The notes: generated from the sequence alone by a model not told the origin. A stretch of 64,000 nt of DNA from Octopus vulgaris (GCA_951406725.2 OX597821.1:23746001-23810000), one strand, 5' to 3'. Numbered from the stretch's first letter, positions 30,472 through 45,172 are shown. Program-made: numbers and translations.

Positions 30472-31712
30472 TTGGGTTGAGGAATAATTCATGATCATTT
30501 TTTTTTTTCAAATTTAGAAATGCACGCAGAAATAAAACGCATTGGCAAAGTGTCTTATGTTATTCAAAAGAGAATTTTTTGCTCAACAAGATAGTGTGTT
30601 TTGATTTTTAAATTTTATCAATTTTTGTGTATTTTCAAATCATTAAAATGGAATGTCAAGTGGACAAAACTAAGCATTTTCGAAACCATTTGTTTTTTTT
30701 GCATTTAATCGAGGTGTTAAGGCTGCCGAAGCTGCTCGTGAGATTTGTGCAATGCCTCAAAGTACCACCCGCCGTTGGTTTTCGCGCTTTAAAAATAGGA
30801 ATTTTAGCCTCAAGGGCAGATTATACACCGGTCGACGAACTGAGTTCGATGAAGAGCGATTGAATCAACTTCTTCACGAAACTCCACGTCAAACGACCAG
30901 AGAATTAGCGGAGCAGATGGATTGTGATTAAAAAAAAAAAAAAAAAGCTGTGGTGAACCACGTTCACTCAGTGAACAAGGTTCAGAAACTCGGCGCTTGG
31001 GTGCCACACACTTTGAGCGAAAGCAACAAAAATCAACGCTCCACAATCGCCGCCAGTTTGCTCGCTCGACATCGCTCAACACTTGGTCACAGACAGCGTT
31101 TTCTTTACCGCATTGTCAATGGCGATGAAATATGAAGCAGCGAAAAGAATGGCTCAGCTCCGACAAACAAGCGACTTTGCGAGCAAAAGATCTTCATCCT
31201 CGAAAGACCATGTTGTGTGTATGGCGGGGCTGGGAAGGCATAATTCATTACGCAACCAAACACTCAATGCGGAGCTCTACGTTCAACAACTGCACCGACT
31301 CAACGAAGCAATTCAGCAAAAAAGACCGAATAGGCGAAATGGCGTTCTTCTGCAGCACGACAACTCCCGTCCTCACATCACCAATATGACCAAAGCTGCG
31401 ATTCAAGAACTCGAACGGGAAGTGCTGCCTCATACTCCATACTCTCCAAACTTGGTGCCGTCATATTTTCATCTCTTTCGACCGCTCTCGAACGCTTTGC
31501 GCAATGTATTATTCAATAATGACGTGGAATTGAGAACTTGGTTGGACGAATTCTTTGAGTCAAGACCGGCTGATTTCTATCGCCGAGGCATCGAAAAACT
31601 TATTGAACGATGGGAGGAAGTCGTAAACAGCAACGGAAAGTAATATTATTGATTAATTTGTTGTAGTTTTTTTCATTAAAAACAAACGCTGATGAATTAT
31701 TCCTCAACCCAA
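30472..31712 (+). mobile_element. Full-length mariner transposon, transposase pseudogene (30648-31643)
   Basis: TIR TTGGGTTGAGGAATAATTCAT with TA TSD at both ends; WVPHTL, HDNSRPH, YSPNLVPSYFHLF motifs; frameshifts. Confidence 0.95.
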
Positions 31713-31717
31713 TATAT

Positions 31718-32048
31718 ATATTAACAGTTATCGCCAAGCTAATATGGCAGTCCATAAATATAGGACGAAAGCTGCTGTTGATTAGCTCCAAGAGGCCATC
31801 GCCTCTAGCTAGCTATATGCTAGGTTTGGTCACTCTGCATTGATAAAGGGCAAATACCCTGAAACATGTCTGCAGATGCCTGACCAGCAAGGGGAAGCGG
31901 CTGACCTCCCCTGTTCGTAGGTTATAATGGACACAGGTTCGTGTGTCATATAGCTAGCTAGAGGCGATGGCTTCTTGGAGCTAATCAACGACAGCTTTAG
32001 TCTTATATTTATGGACTGCCATATTAGCTTGGCGATAACTGTTAATAT
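31718..32048. mobile_element. Fold-back element (~100 bp arms) with hammerhead in spacer
   Basis: Arms 31718-31819 / 31947-32048. Confidence 0.9.
31834..31876 (+). ncRNA. Minimal type-I hammerhead ribozyme motif, U3:A8 variant
   Basis: TCTGCA-TTGATAA-AGGG-caaata-CCCT-GAAA-CATG-TC-TGCAGA: 6 bp stem I, 4 bp stem II, palindromic ACATGT stem III, GUC site. Confidence 0.8.
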
Positions 32049-32660
32049 CCAGTACCGCTGCCATTGTCTCCTTTAGAAAGACTTAGAAATAATAATAATA
32101 ATATAGAGAGAGAGAGGGGAGTGAGGGAGGGTGGGACGGAGGGAGAGAGAAAGAGGAGAATTATAGTGGTCATCTGAACGTGACTAAGGGTGTGAAGACA
32201 CCTACTAGGTAGATTATGTCTGAACAAAAGATAGGACGGTCATAAATGGTGATGGTGATGTTAGTGGTTGTAGTAGTGATGGCGAGGTTGGTATTGATGG
32301 TGGTAATGGTGGGCATGGTGGTGGTGGTGGTGGTGGTGGTGGTGGTGATGGTGATGATGACGGTGGTGGTGATTGCGTCGGTGGCCAGTAGCAGCATCAT
32401 TATAATGGTGATGGCAATACGCTACCGTCCCACATTCCAAGCTGCCTCATTTGTACGGCAGGTGTTTGCCATAGCAATTGCCACCCCGCGTCACACCCCG
32501 CGTCGCTCCCTCCACCCTCCACTCGACACATGCCACACGCCTCCGCTGTCTGTGTGTCGCTGGTGAAAAACAACAATAACAATGAAACTCCTCTTGCCCC
32601 CCCCCCACCTTGCCTTCTCCCTCCTGTACAATGTTTTTTTGTTGGCGTCCCTTACATGCA

Positions 32661-33032
<372 letters not shown>

Positions 33033-33392
33033 CATGGTACAACAATCAGCTACCAGTTCATACCTGTATCCGCACACATTCACATGCGCCTCCCCCCACC
33101 CCACATACACACGAACAAACACGCTTGCATAGAAGTGCAGATGTGCGTGACCATAGACACATGCAAACATGTATGCGCATACACACATGGATACATACAT
33201 GCGTACATACATACATATATCTATACGTATATCTATATATGTAAAATAATGGCAAACACACCCACATGCGCGAGCACATATGAATGCGTGCGCACGCTTA
33301 CATATAAAGGTGTGTGGGAATATATACATACACATACAATGATTTTTGTTTACAAACTACTACTACAACTACTACTACTACTACTACTACCT

Positions 33393-33810
33393 CTTATTTC
33401 TTTATTGCCACAAGGAGATAAAACATAGAGGGGACAAACAAGGACAGACAAACGGATTAAGTCGATTATATCGACCCCAGTGTGTAACTGGTACTTAATT
33501 TATCGACTCCGAAAGGATAAAAGGCAAAGTCGACCTCGGCGGAATTTGAACTCAGAACGTAGCAGCAGACGAAATACCTATTTCTATTTCTTTACTACCC
33601 ACAAGGGGCTAAACACAGAAGGGACAAACAAGGACAGACAAACGGATTAAGTCGATTACATCGACCCCAGTGCGTAACTGGTACTTATTTAATCGACTCA
33701 GGATAAAAGGCAAAGTCGACCTCGGCGGAATTTGGACTCAGAACGTAACGGCAGACGAAATGCCTGTAAGCATTTCGCCAGGCGTGGTAACGCTTCTGCC
33801 AGCACGCCGT
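33393..33810 (-). mobile_element. SINE B with tandemly duplicated 3' part
   Basis: Two copies of GGACAAACAAGGACAGAC...GAACGTA segment; single head at 33810. Confidence 0.9.
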
Positions 33811-34066
33811 CTTTAACTACTACCTCTGACGCTATGCCTGCTATTACAACGAAAATGCGGACACTAAATAAGTCAGTATATAAGTCATCTAATATACGAA
33901 ATATTAGCTGCAAGAATTATTACAATCTGTCGACTAAACAAAACTTAAGCTCGCATCACTGAGAAAGATAAAAGACGGAACAAAGTGACAAAGAGTATAA
34001 AACTGTGAATATCTTTGTACTTCGACTAGGATATAGTTTTCTACTATAAACCTAGATGGACCAATA

Positions 34067-34104
<38 letters not shown>

Positions 34105-34183
34105 GCGCGCATATATATATAATATAATATAATATAATATAATATAATATAATATAATATAATATAAATAATATATAATTATC

Positions 34184-34356
34184 TGCATATATGGGTACAG
34201 GACACCAAAAAAATGTCGACGTTTTTTTGGTGTCCTGTACCCATACATGCATGTATATATACATGTAGAGGTAGGTACGTACATATATGTATATATGCAT
34301 ATGTTTTATTCATTAATTTATTATATGACGGAACGCACGCATCCATTTCTAAGTAA
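34184..34356. repeat. Family X copy beginning with a 68 bp palindrome
   Basis: TGCATATATGGGTACAGGACACCAAAAAAATGTCGACGTTTTTTTGGTGTCCTGTACCCATACATGCA. Confidence 0.88.
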
Positions 34357-34688
34357 GATTGTTCTTGATATTATATATATGTATATATATATATAGGTGT
34401 GCGTGTGCGTGTGTGTGTGTGCATGTGCTTCTATATGAACGATCAATCAGCTTAGAGAGCTCTGAGGTTTAAGGAGGAAAAACCCAATGCGGCTTAAGCC
34501 ATACAGTTAAACGTGTGGGTCGTTCAGATAAAAACTAGTGTATCAGCTGGTTCTTGTCTGTATTGGCGTCTCTTTAGATAACTGTCATTGTGAGCAGGCC
34601 AGCCAGTCGCTGTCGTTAAGTACACCCGCTGGCACTAGGATTACGGCTTTTGGCACACGCATGCATATATATAGTTTCACTTGATGAC

Positions 34689-35010
34689 ATACGGCAGCAC
34701 AAAGAATGGCGTGCACACACACACGCACACATACACATTGCGCTTTACACAATGACTTTACACTAATTCACATACTCTCTCTTGCTCCCCAATGTGTGTG
34801 TGTGTGTATACACACACGTATCGAATACTTACACCTGTATAGATGTAATACGGCTACACAAAGAATCGCATGCACACATGCGCGCACACACACACACACA
34901 CATTAATCTTTACACAATGACTTTACGTTGATTCACATACTTTCTCTTGCTCATCTGTGTGTATGTATTTGTGTGTATACACACACGCACACACATATCG
35001 AATACACCTT
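34689..35010. repeat. Diverged tandem duplication, ~160 bp unit
   Basis: ATACGGC..CACAAAGAAT...CTTTACACAATGACTTTAC...TATCGAATAC twice. Confidence 0.85.
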
Positions 35011-35290
35011 CCTTTACACCGCACACACACAACTTTTATCCTTTACTTGTTTTAGTCATTGGACTGCGGCCATGCTGTTTCTCCATCTTGAAGGGTTTAG
35101 TCGAACAAATCGACCCCAGTGCTTATTTTTCAAAGTTTGGCAGTTATTCCATCGGTATCTTTTGCCGAACTGTTAGATTACGGGATAGTAAACAAACCAA
35201 CACCAATTGTCAAGCGGTAGTAGGGCATTGACGAACGGCAACGTGAAACTGTGACATTTTTGTGATATCTTTGCTGTTTTTTAAAATAAA

Positions 35291-35330
<40 letters not shown>

Positions 35331-35332
<2 letters not shown>

Positions 35333-36089
35333 GGAAAGCTTACGAAAATAAACAAAAGACGAAGGCAGGTGGTGTACAAACAAACAGATGTATTAGTATA
35401 GCGCTCAGGAATAGAAAAGTCTTTTACGTTTCGAGAATACGCTCTTCTAGAGAAAGGGACACAGAAAAAAAACAAGGAGAGAAAAAAATGTGTGTAGTGG
35501 CTAACGATCTTTCATGGCGTCTGACTCGGACAAAATGGTCAGACGGAAAGGGGAAAGTAGGGGAGATAACAAGGTCAAGATGACCTCCAGCACGAAGTAG
35601 CCCCCAACACAAAGGTGCGTGTGTGTATAAGAGAGTATGTATGTGCGTGTGAAAGAGGGCTGGTGGTCTGGACGTGTGTGTGTGTATGTATGTATGTGTG
35701 GGTGTGAAGATGTGGGGATGGGTGTGTGGGTGGTGTGTTGTGATGTGATGTGTAATGTTGTATGGTGTAGTGTAGTGTGGTGTGGTGTGATGCTGTGGGG
35801 AGGTGGGAGAGGCGTGTGGGGGTGGGGGTTGTGTGGGTAGGCAGAGGGTGGGGTTAGAGGTGAGGTATGTGGGGGCAGAGTGGGGGATAGGGGTGAGGTA
35901 TGTGGAGGAGGGGTGGGGGAGGGGAAGGATAGAGAAGGTGGAGTAGGGGTGGGTGGGTGGGTTTATGGGGGGAGGGGAAGGTGGGTAAGTGAGAAGAGAA
36001 AGGAGAGAGGAGAGGAGAAGAGAGAAAGAGAGTAAGAGAGAAGAGGGAAAGACGGTAGCAGTGAAGAGATGTAGGAGTGAAGTAGGAGT

Positions 36090-36090
<1 letters not shown>
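35331..36090 (-). mobile_element. Family Z PLE-like 3' end with degenerate hammerhead (35421-35456) and low-complexity UTR
   Basis: Matches 55957-56148; flanked by (TA)n; G-rich plus strand. Confidence 0.6.
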
Positions 36091-36125
<35 letters not shown>

Positions 36126-36989
36126 GCTTCTTTTAGTTTCTGTCTGCTAAATCTACTTACAAGACTTTTGAAAGCCCATGTAGAAGGCACTTGTCCAAGT
36201 TGTCACGTTGTAGGTCTGAACTCAGAATCATATGTTACAGAAGCAAACTTACTATCTATGGAGAAAAGAAATCGCTTTTTCCACCTTGAGGATATTAATC
36301 TATCATGCTTCAGACGAGTTGATAATACTTTTGCTTTAACAGCTTCATTGTGTACGCCTGTTTACTTAATAAGCGTTACAGTAAGAATCAGTCGCCGTAT
36401 TTTTGAAACAGCTGTAAATATATTTAACGAACAGCTAGAGAATATCAAAGGCGAATCCACATTTTCCCACATTGTCTAACAAGTTCTCAGCCCATTGTCT
36501 TAGTCGTTCTACACTGAGACATTAACGGGAATGAACTGACCTCTTAGAACGTTTTCGAGGTATGCATCATCCAAATCTGATATAGAAGTAGAACCCTGTT
36601 ATTCATGGTCGACCTAATTTAATTAGAAAAAATATAAATAGACAAGCTGAATTGTTCCCACTCCCTTTCGATCATCTGGTGTCTGGCCGGAGATCAGGCT
36701 TTTTCACTGTGTTGATTAATGTGTGCGAAGGCAAAACTTCTCACCGTTTCTATCTTTACACATTCCTTTTATTCTGTGTTTCTCTCTAGCAATTACAGAG
36801 AAGAAAATAATTATCATGCAGAATGGAGATCTGCAAACAAGCTGCATACACAAAAGCTATTCTACGAATTTGTATATTTCTTAGATATTGTAACGACTAA
36901 TTTTATAATCATTTTATAAGCATTGTAAAGAACATAACTTAAATGGCATCTTCTCATTCATCTTCACATAAAAGTTCGTTGTCACAGAT

Positions 36990-38054
36990 GTATCTTATTC
37001 TCGTGATATAAATGTTTATGTAACAACGTATTGTCGGCAATTGGAAGCATTGCGCAAATATTGGGTTGTCCGGAAAGTTCGTGCTGATTTATAGTAGCTT
37101 ACATTTCGACTTATTTTAGAACATGGTTGAGTCCATAAAATAGGATTTGACTACACCTCCATTTAGAGCACAGTTTAAGCTGTCTTTTCGTGGAAGAAGG
37201 ATTATGTTCCTATAACCTGTGTTAATTCTGTAACCCTTTAAAACGGAAGATAAGAAAGTTCATTTTCGGCACTTGATGCTTTGGGAACCAGACAAAAATT
37301 GCTGCAGCTCGTCTGGGATGTGTTACCCTACCCTCCATATTCACCAGATATTGCTCCTTCAGATTTTCACTTATTCATGTCTCTGCAGAATAGTTTTAAT
37401 GGTAAAAATTTCAATTCCTTGGATGACGTAAAAAGATACCTTGATGAATTGTTTGCCATGAAACCACCTCAATTCTGGGAAGAGGGTATTTTCAAGTTAA
37501 AGGAAAGATGGAGACGTATTGTGCAACAAATGGTTCATATTTGGTTGATTAAAAATGTAATGGCAAGTATTTATTGACCTTTTTTCTTTCCTTTAAAAAT
37601 CGGTACGAACTTTCCGGACAACCCAATATTCTCAGATAAAGCGCCCCAACAGTGGTCGAGCGTGAAGGGAGAGACCTTTGCTCTTACGCGATAATGCAAG
37701 ACCACTAAGTCACCCAGAGAATTTTTATGGCACTAAATACGGAAGTTTTGCTTCATTCTCTTTACTCTCCTGACCTTGCTCCATCTGACTATCATTTTCC
37801 CTGATTATTACAACATTATTTAGAGGGAAAACAGTCAATTCGTTATGAAAATATTAAAAATGATATTGAGTGTTTCTTTGCTTCGAAGCTTGAAGAATTT
37901 TATGCCTGGGGACCAACAACTTTCCAAACAGATGGGATTACGTTATCAATGGTGAAGGGAAATATTATCTTGATTAAGATATCAATTAAGATGAAAGTTG
38001 CATTTGTTTATTTCCCTACCTTAAAATGCGACAAGATTTTCTTTACCGGCGTAA
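36990..38054 (+). mobile_element. Old mariner C-terminal remnant interrupted by a younger mariner
   Basis: YCRQLEALRK before the insert; RDNARP and YSPDLAPSDYH after it. Confidence 0.8.
37061..37626 (+). mobile_element. 566 bp non-autonomous mariner deletion derivative
   Basis: TIR TTGGGTTGTCCGGAAAGTTCGT, TA TSD; PPYSPDIAPSDFHLF. Confidence 0.95.
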
Positions 38055-38258
38055 CACATACATACATACATACATACATACATACATACATACATACATA
38101 CGCACACACGAACACGCACGCATGCACACACACATATATCAAGACACCTGCATTCACACACTCACACATGTATTTGTCTATCTCTCTGTTTCTCTATTTG
38201 TGTCTATCTATAAATGTTTATGTATGCATATATGTATGTATATGTATATGTGTGTGTG

Positions 38259-38289
<31 letters not shown>

Positions 38290-39016
38290 ATACACACATG
38301 TGTGTGTGTGTAAATATGTTTTACACACATAAAAATAGATAAATACATTTATTAGCATGGTTGTGTTTATGCATGTTTGCATATGTGTGTGTGTATGTGT
38401 GAGTGCACGTGCGCGCGTGAGTGTGTGCACGTGCGTGCGTGCGCGTATGTGTGTGTAGAAAGAGAGAGAGACAGATGTGTGTGTGTGTGTGCGCGCGCGC
38501 GAGTGCGTCTGTGTTTGTGTGTGTGTGTGTGTGTCTGTGTGTGTGCACGTGCGTGTGTATGTGTGTGTGTGTGTGTGTTTTTGTTTTCTATATGTTCACC
38601 GTTTACATCTCCGTAACTTAGCGGTCCTTCAAAGGGACCGATAAAACTGTAGAAGACTTTTTAAAAAAATAGCATCGGAGTCTTTAGAAAATGGTACTCC
38701 AGCATGACCGCAGTCCAGTTACTGAAACAAGTAAAAGATAAAACATACAAAATCGTTGTAATTTTTATCACAAGTGGCATAACTAGTTTAGACATATGTT
38801 ACTTAGCAACCAGTTCGCCAGGTTTAGGGTTTTGTGTCGACAACTTAAGGTCTATCGCCTAAGAACATAATTTCAAGCAGCTTTTTCTATGTTCAAATGC
38901 CAAAGGACAGTGTGTATGGATGGGGATGGAGCTTATCGATATCGATTGGTTAAGGTCAATGGCCTTGAGAAGTGTAGAAGGATTGCTTTCTGCAAAACAC
39001 TTGGGCATAGACGAAG

Positions 39017-39053
<37 letters not shown>

Positions 39054-39140
39054 GAGTAGTAGTACACCAGTTTCATCGAAAAGCTCCCATATTTTGTAAC
39101 TTGCCTAACCAGTCATCTGAGTGTAAACGGTTCTAGCCTG

Positions 39141-39192
<52 letters not shown>

Positions 39193-39399
39193 TGTGTGTA
39201 TGTGTATGCGTGTGTGTATGTGTGTGTGTGTGTTTGTATGTGTGTGTGCGTGTATAAATATATATATAATATAAATGATATATAAATATATGCATTTACA
39301 CATACATATATGTACATACCTACATATATATGTATATATACATGCATATATGGGTACAGGACATCAAAAACGTTGAACACAATGAGAAACGAAAACATA

Positions 39400-39459
<60 letters not shown>

Positions 39460-39499
39460 AACACACATACACCACACACATATATATTCTTCTATTCTT

Positions 39500-39685
39500 C
39501 TATTCTTTTATTTGTTTCAGTCATTTGACTGCGGCCATGCTGGAGCACCGCCTTTAGTCGAACAAATTGACTCCAGGACTTTGTAATTATCGGTCTCTTT
39601 TGCCGAACCGCTAGGTTACGGGAAAGTAAACACACCAACATCGGTTGTCAAGTGATGGTCGGGGGACAAACACAGACAAACAAAC
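39500..39685 (-). mobile_element. SINE A 3' half
   Basis: Match to SINE A tail. Confidence 0.85.
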
Positions 39686-39689
39686 ATTG

Positions 39690-41585
39690 CACCACAGGAA
39701 CATGAAAGAGTGGAAAAACTCCTCAATACACACATGGGAATGTGGTGCAACATACTTCAACCCATATTCCTACGCTATACGGGTTACGTAAAGACCATAA
39801 ACCCTAGGTAAACCCCGTTATGGGGCTCTCAACTCGACCAGTTTGCGCTACAAATATCTCTAGCAATTATAGACTATCCTCTTTCCTCTCACAGGTACCA
39901 CGACCACTCACTGAAATGTCCCCAGATGTCTGTGTGAGCACGGGAGGATCTCCTCAGTAGAATCAGTAATTGCAACCACTCCAACGCCCTCACAGGTTGT
40001 GTAATGGGTAGTATGAATGTGATTTCACTCTACCCATCTATAGACAGTGATTTTGCTGTGGAGAAATGCATGGAGATTATCTGAGAGTGAAGTAGAGTTC
40101 CGTGAAGTCAACGCGAAGGAACTGGGCTTCCTCCTTAAACTATGACTGTAACTATCTAGACAACCATGACTATAGTAAATTCTGCCTCACCAGGTCACAG
40201 AGGGGAAGACCACCCACCACCAACTCAGCAGTGAAGAAAAGCACCGTAGAGCACTGGAGTGGCTGGACCATACCCACCCAAGATCCTGAAAACAACAACC
40301 AGGTGAAAGGAGTGATTGCACATGCAGTAAGGGCTAACATAAGAACCACTTTGAGCTACATAGTAAAGTTTAACAGGAAACCATAGATGCCGGTTCAAGG
40401 TGCAGCCATTGGTGTCGGTGTAGCTGGAGATGTGGCTGGTCTCTTCATGACCTGGTGGGACAGAAAACTTAAACAATCCTTAGCTGAACAGTCCACAACT
40501 CTTTTACTTTACTGTAGGTATATAGACGACATTAATATTCTAGTGAAAACCAACTCTAGTAACAGTAATGTGGAAACCGAGAGGAACATAATGGAGAGCA
40601 TCCAGCATGTAGCTAACTTCATCCACAAAGTATCAAGGTAACTATAGATTACTCCACAAGGTACCTTTGGTTAGAGACTGTGAACAACAACGTGCAGCTC
40701 CTCCACTCCTATTGCATGAAACCCATAGCTTCGAAATATGTTGTTCATAAGAACTCGGCTTTTTCACACAACATGAAAATCAATATACTGATAGCAAACT
40801 TAGGATAATGAACAACGTGTCCCCACTATGCAAACCCTATGAAACAAAGAAATATGTACAGAACGTCATGCACCGCATGCAATTCTCTGGATATGATCAG
40901 AAAGATAGGGTTCGGGTATACAAGGGTGCTAGAAAGATGTTAGATAATATTATATGTAATGACTCCAGCGATACCTGCCCTAGATATAGATGTAAAGACT
41001 GGAATAGAATACAAAGAGTTTCTTACAAAGCAAACAGGGTGAACACGTGGTACAAGACCGACAAACATCAAGGAGTGATGTTTGTAGAGGTCACAGTCCA
41101 TGGAGAATTAACCCGTAGACTTAGGAAAGCTCTGAAGGAGACCAAACTCAACATTAAGATCGTTGAAAAGCCAAGGAGCTCCATCAGATCACAACTATGT
41201 AGGACGTACCCCTTTAAGAATACCATATTCACCGATGATAACTACATTGTATGTAAAATTAACCCTGACATTAACTGTTAAACTAGAAATGTAATCTACA
41301 GCATAAGGTGCATAGAAGGCGCTTGTAAAGACAAGAACATGATATACATAGGTGAGACATCTAGGAACATTGCGGAAAGACTAAATGAAAATTTGAGACA
41401 ATATGACGAGAAAAAAAAAACAGTTCTCCATACTCTACCAATATCCCAACATGATAGTAACCTGGGTCAACTTGACATCTGTATTTTATCCAAGCACCCG
41501 AAGGACCCAACACTAAGACAAATACAGGAGAACGTCTTCATAAATGAAACATCCCCAGTACTAAATAGGAAATATACGTAGTAGG
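39690..41585 (+). mobile_element. Penelope-like retroelement, decayed RT plus GIY-YIG endonuclease
   Basis: PTLYGLRKDHK, SMNVISLYPSID, GAAIG, RYIDDI, NVIYSIRC, YIGETSRNIAERLNE across frameshifted ORFs. Confidence 0.9.
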
Positions 41586-42062
41586 TAGTCATACCCCTAT
41601 ACCCACAGTTTATATATATACATATAGAATAGTTAGTGGGCTATTATGCAGATGTATGTATGTGTGTGTGCGTGTGTGTGTATATGTGTATATACACACA
41701 CACACGCACGCACACACACACGCACACACACACACATATACATATACAGATATACATATAAATAAGTGCACAGGTAAATATGAACAGACAAGCACACATA
41801 CACAGAAACACGCAAATGAAGACTGGATCACGTGATCATATACACACGCATACACTTCACTTCCCTTCACACAAGGACACGTGTGGAGACACATCCATAA
41901 ATAACAGACGCACGTACAGTCACAAAAACCCATACATAGACACACTCGGGCATGCGCAAACAAGCAGACAGAGCTACATGCAAACGGGCGCGCGCGCACA
42001 CACACGCGCACCCAAACACACAAACACATGAATATGCAGAATACATATATACAAACGTACAC

Positions 42063-42098
<36 letters not shown>

Positions 42099-42291
42099 CT
42101 CCCCTTCGTAAATGTATATAAGGACACAGGAAAAATGTGTCAAAGCCATCAGGAGGCGTCGATTCTTCCTAGGGCTAAACAGCGGTGGTGTAACCCCCTA
42201 CTGTCACGTTCGTGTTAGATTGACAGTATACAACCATTCTATCGCCCCACCACCGTACATGTCTCTACGAGAGATTTAGAAATTTAGTATT

Positions 42292-42330
<39 letters not shown>

Positions 42331-42560
42331 AGTATACACACACATACATGCATACGCACATACATATGTGTATGCACACTGACCGACACACATGCGCACG
42401 AACAAACAAAAAGAACGTAGCTCGGACAACGGACAGTCAACGACTCTGGGAAAGGTTGCAAGACGCAACGAAAATATTAGGAAAAATAAATATGCAAATG
42501 AGTGGAAACTGAATCGGTGAGTGTGTTAAATAATAAGGCACTAAAAGAGAATCTCCAGAC

Positions 42561-42622
<62 letters not shown>

Positions 42623-42625
<3 letters not shown>

Positions 42626-43375
42626 TGGCTGTGTGGTAAGTAGATTGCTTACCAACCACATGGTTCCGGTTCCAGTCCCACTGCGTGGCATCTTGGGCAA
42701 GTGTCTTCTACTATAGCTTCGGGCCGACCAATGCCTTGTGAGTGGATTTGGTAGACGGAAACTGTAAGAAGCCTGTCGTATATATGTATATATGTATATA
42801 TATGTATGTGTGTATATGTTTGTGTGTCTGTGTTTGTCCCCCTAGCATTGCTTGACAACCGATGCTGGTGTAATTACGTCCCCGTCACTTAGCGGTTCGG
42901 CAAAAGGGTCCGATAGAATAAGTACTGGGCTTACAAAGAATAAGTCCCGGGGTCGATTTGCTCGACTAAAGGCGGTGCTCCAGCATGGCCACAGTCAAAT
43001 GACTGAAACAAGTAAAAGAGTAAAAGAGAGAGTAAAGAGTATTTATATATACACGACAGGCTTCTTTCAGTTTCCTTCTAATAAACCCACTAACAAGGCT
43101 TTATCAGTCCGAGCATATAGTTGAAGACACTTGCCCAAGGTGCCACGCAGTGGGACTGAACCCAGAATCATGTGGTTGGTAAACAAGCCACTTACCACAC
43201 CGCCACTCCTGCGCATATGCATATGTGTGTGTGAATTGACCCCAGTATTTATTTTTTTCTTCAAGTCTGGTACTTCTTCTATCGTTCTCTTCCGCCGAAC
43301 CGTTAGATTACGGGATGCAAACACACCAACACCGGTTGTCAAGCGGTGGAGTGGGGGATAAACACAGGCACAGAC
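42623..43375. mobile_element. SINE A cluster (42623-43040 plus, full; 43048-43213 and 43235-43375 minus, partial)
   Basis: Matches to SINE A. Confidence 0.88.
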
Positions 43376-43502
43376 ACACTCACATAGATACACACACACA
43401 CACACACGCACCCACACACATATTATATGTATTAATTGTTTATAAATTTCATCCTAGGATTATTATCTCCGCCTCAGCAAAGGCGGAGGTATTATCACTT
43501 GA

Positions 43503-43921
43503 TTGACCTTAACCAGTTGACCATGTCCCTTAGTGGCTGACGATATGTGCATCTCTGATCACAAGCAGAAGTAGTGGAGGACCATCATAGCCGTGTGTTG
43601 AAAGGGATTCTTGGAGGTTTGGATAATTCACCTTTGGAAACATGGGTGGTTCGTTCAACATCCTTAAACAACCCCTATTCAGGGACCTTTTGAGCGGGAT
43701 GGGTTACTCGACCAGAAGAAAATTCTAACTGGGCCCCACCTGCAAGGTCATCCGCTGTTTATCTTGATATGGGATCACCATGTCGCGCATATATGGCTGA
43801 GATGCATGTGCCTGGTGTACCCTTATCAGACGGGTAGTCATGATGGTTATACTGGGCTTCGTATATTTTATCCCAGTGTCACTTTGATGGCATGCACTGC
43901 TCTCTCACTCAATAATAATAA
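43503..43921 (+). mobile_element. Probable LINE 3' UTR with (AAT)n tail
   Basis: Ends CTCTCACTCAATAATAATAA; inverted partial copy at ~15455-15570. Confidence 0.6.
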
Positions 43922-44682
43922 CGATTTTTAAAAAAATAGATTAAAAGATAATTAATAGGCAGTGCTCCAGTATGGCCAGAGTCAAATGACTGAAACAAAA
44001 AAGAATAAATAAAGAGTGGAAATTTAACCGGTGAGTGTGTTAATGAATAAGGCATTAAAACAGAATGACTCTCCTCAGACACATTAAAATATGCTTCAAC
44101 ACATGAATTCACATAAAGAATCTTGCAAACCAAATACAAAAACGAAATATATATATGTATATATCTGTGTGTGTGTGTGTGTATGACGGGCCTCCTTCAG
44201 TTCCGATTCACAAATATACTCACAAAGCTTCGGTTAGCTCCCGAAGCTATAATAGAAGACATTTACCGAAGATGCCACGCAGTGCGACTGAACCCAGAAG
44301 CACATGGTTGAGAGGCAAGCTTCTCGCCACGCAGCCACGACTGTGCCCGTATATATATATATAAATTTAAGTACGAGTAATCCATGTGGAAGTGGTGTCT
44401 CAAAAGAATTTATATAATGCTAAGAGAGTTGCCTCCCTTGCGCAACTGAGTAAATGTGAGAGAAGCGAAGCCGATGAAGTCTGACAAGTTTACGTAATGA
44501 TGGTCGATTCGCTTTGGCGTTGAATCAAGTAGAAAATATGGACGGAAAATATGGCGGTGCATAGTGTTGTTGTTGTTGTTGTTGTTGTTGCTTCAGTTAC
44601 TGTTTTTATGTAACGAATCAGTTAGGTCGTAATGTTTTGGGAATGGACAATTGTGGAAGAAGACAGACGAGTTGAGAAACGG

Positions 44683-44732
<50 letters not shown>

Positions 44733-44751
44733 GCCACCACCACCACTTCTG

Positions 44752-44799
<48 letters not shown>

Positions 44800-44847
44800 T
44801 TTCTGCCACTACTACTACTACTACCACCACTACCACCACCACTTCTG

Positions 44848-44903
<56 letters not shown>

Positions 44904-44919
44904 TCCACCACCACTTCTG

Positions 44920-44990
<71 letters not shown>

Positions 44991-45006
44991 TCCACCACCA
45001 CTTCTG

Positions 45007-45048
<42 letters not shown>

Positions 45049-45081
45049 TTACTACTAATACTACTACGACCACCACTTCTG

Positions 45082-45132
<51 letters not shown>

Positions 45133-45172
45133 ACAACAACAACAACAACAACAACAAAAGCAACAACAATAA
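44683..45172. repeat. CTA/CCA array punctuated by TTCTGC
   Basis: Reverse complement pattern of 20255-20945. Confidence 0.92.
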
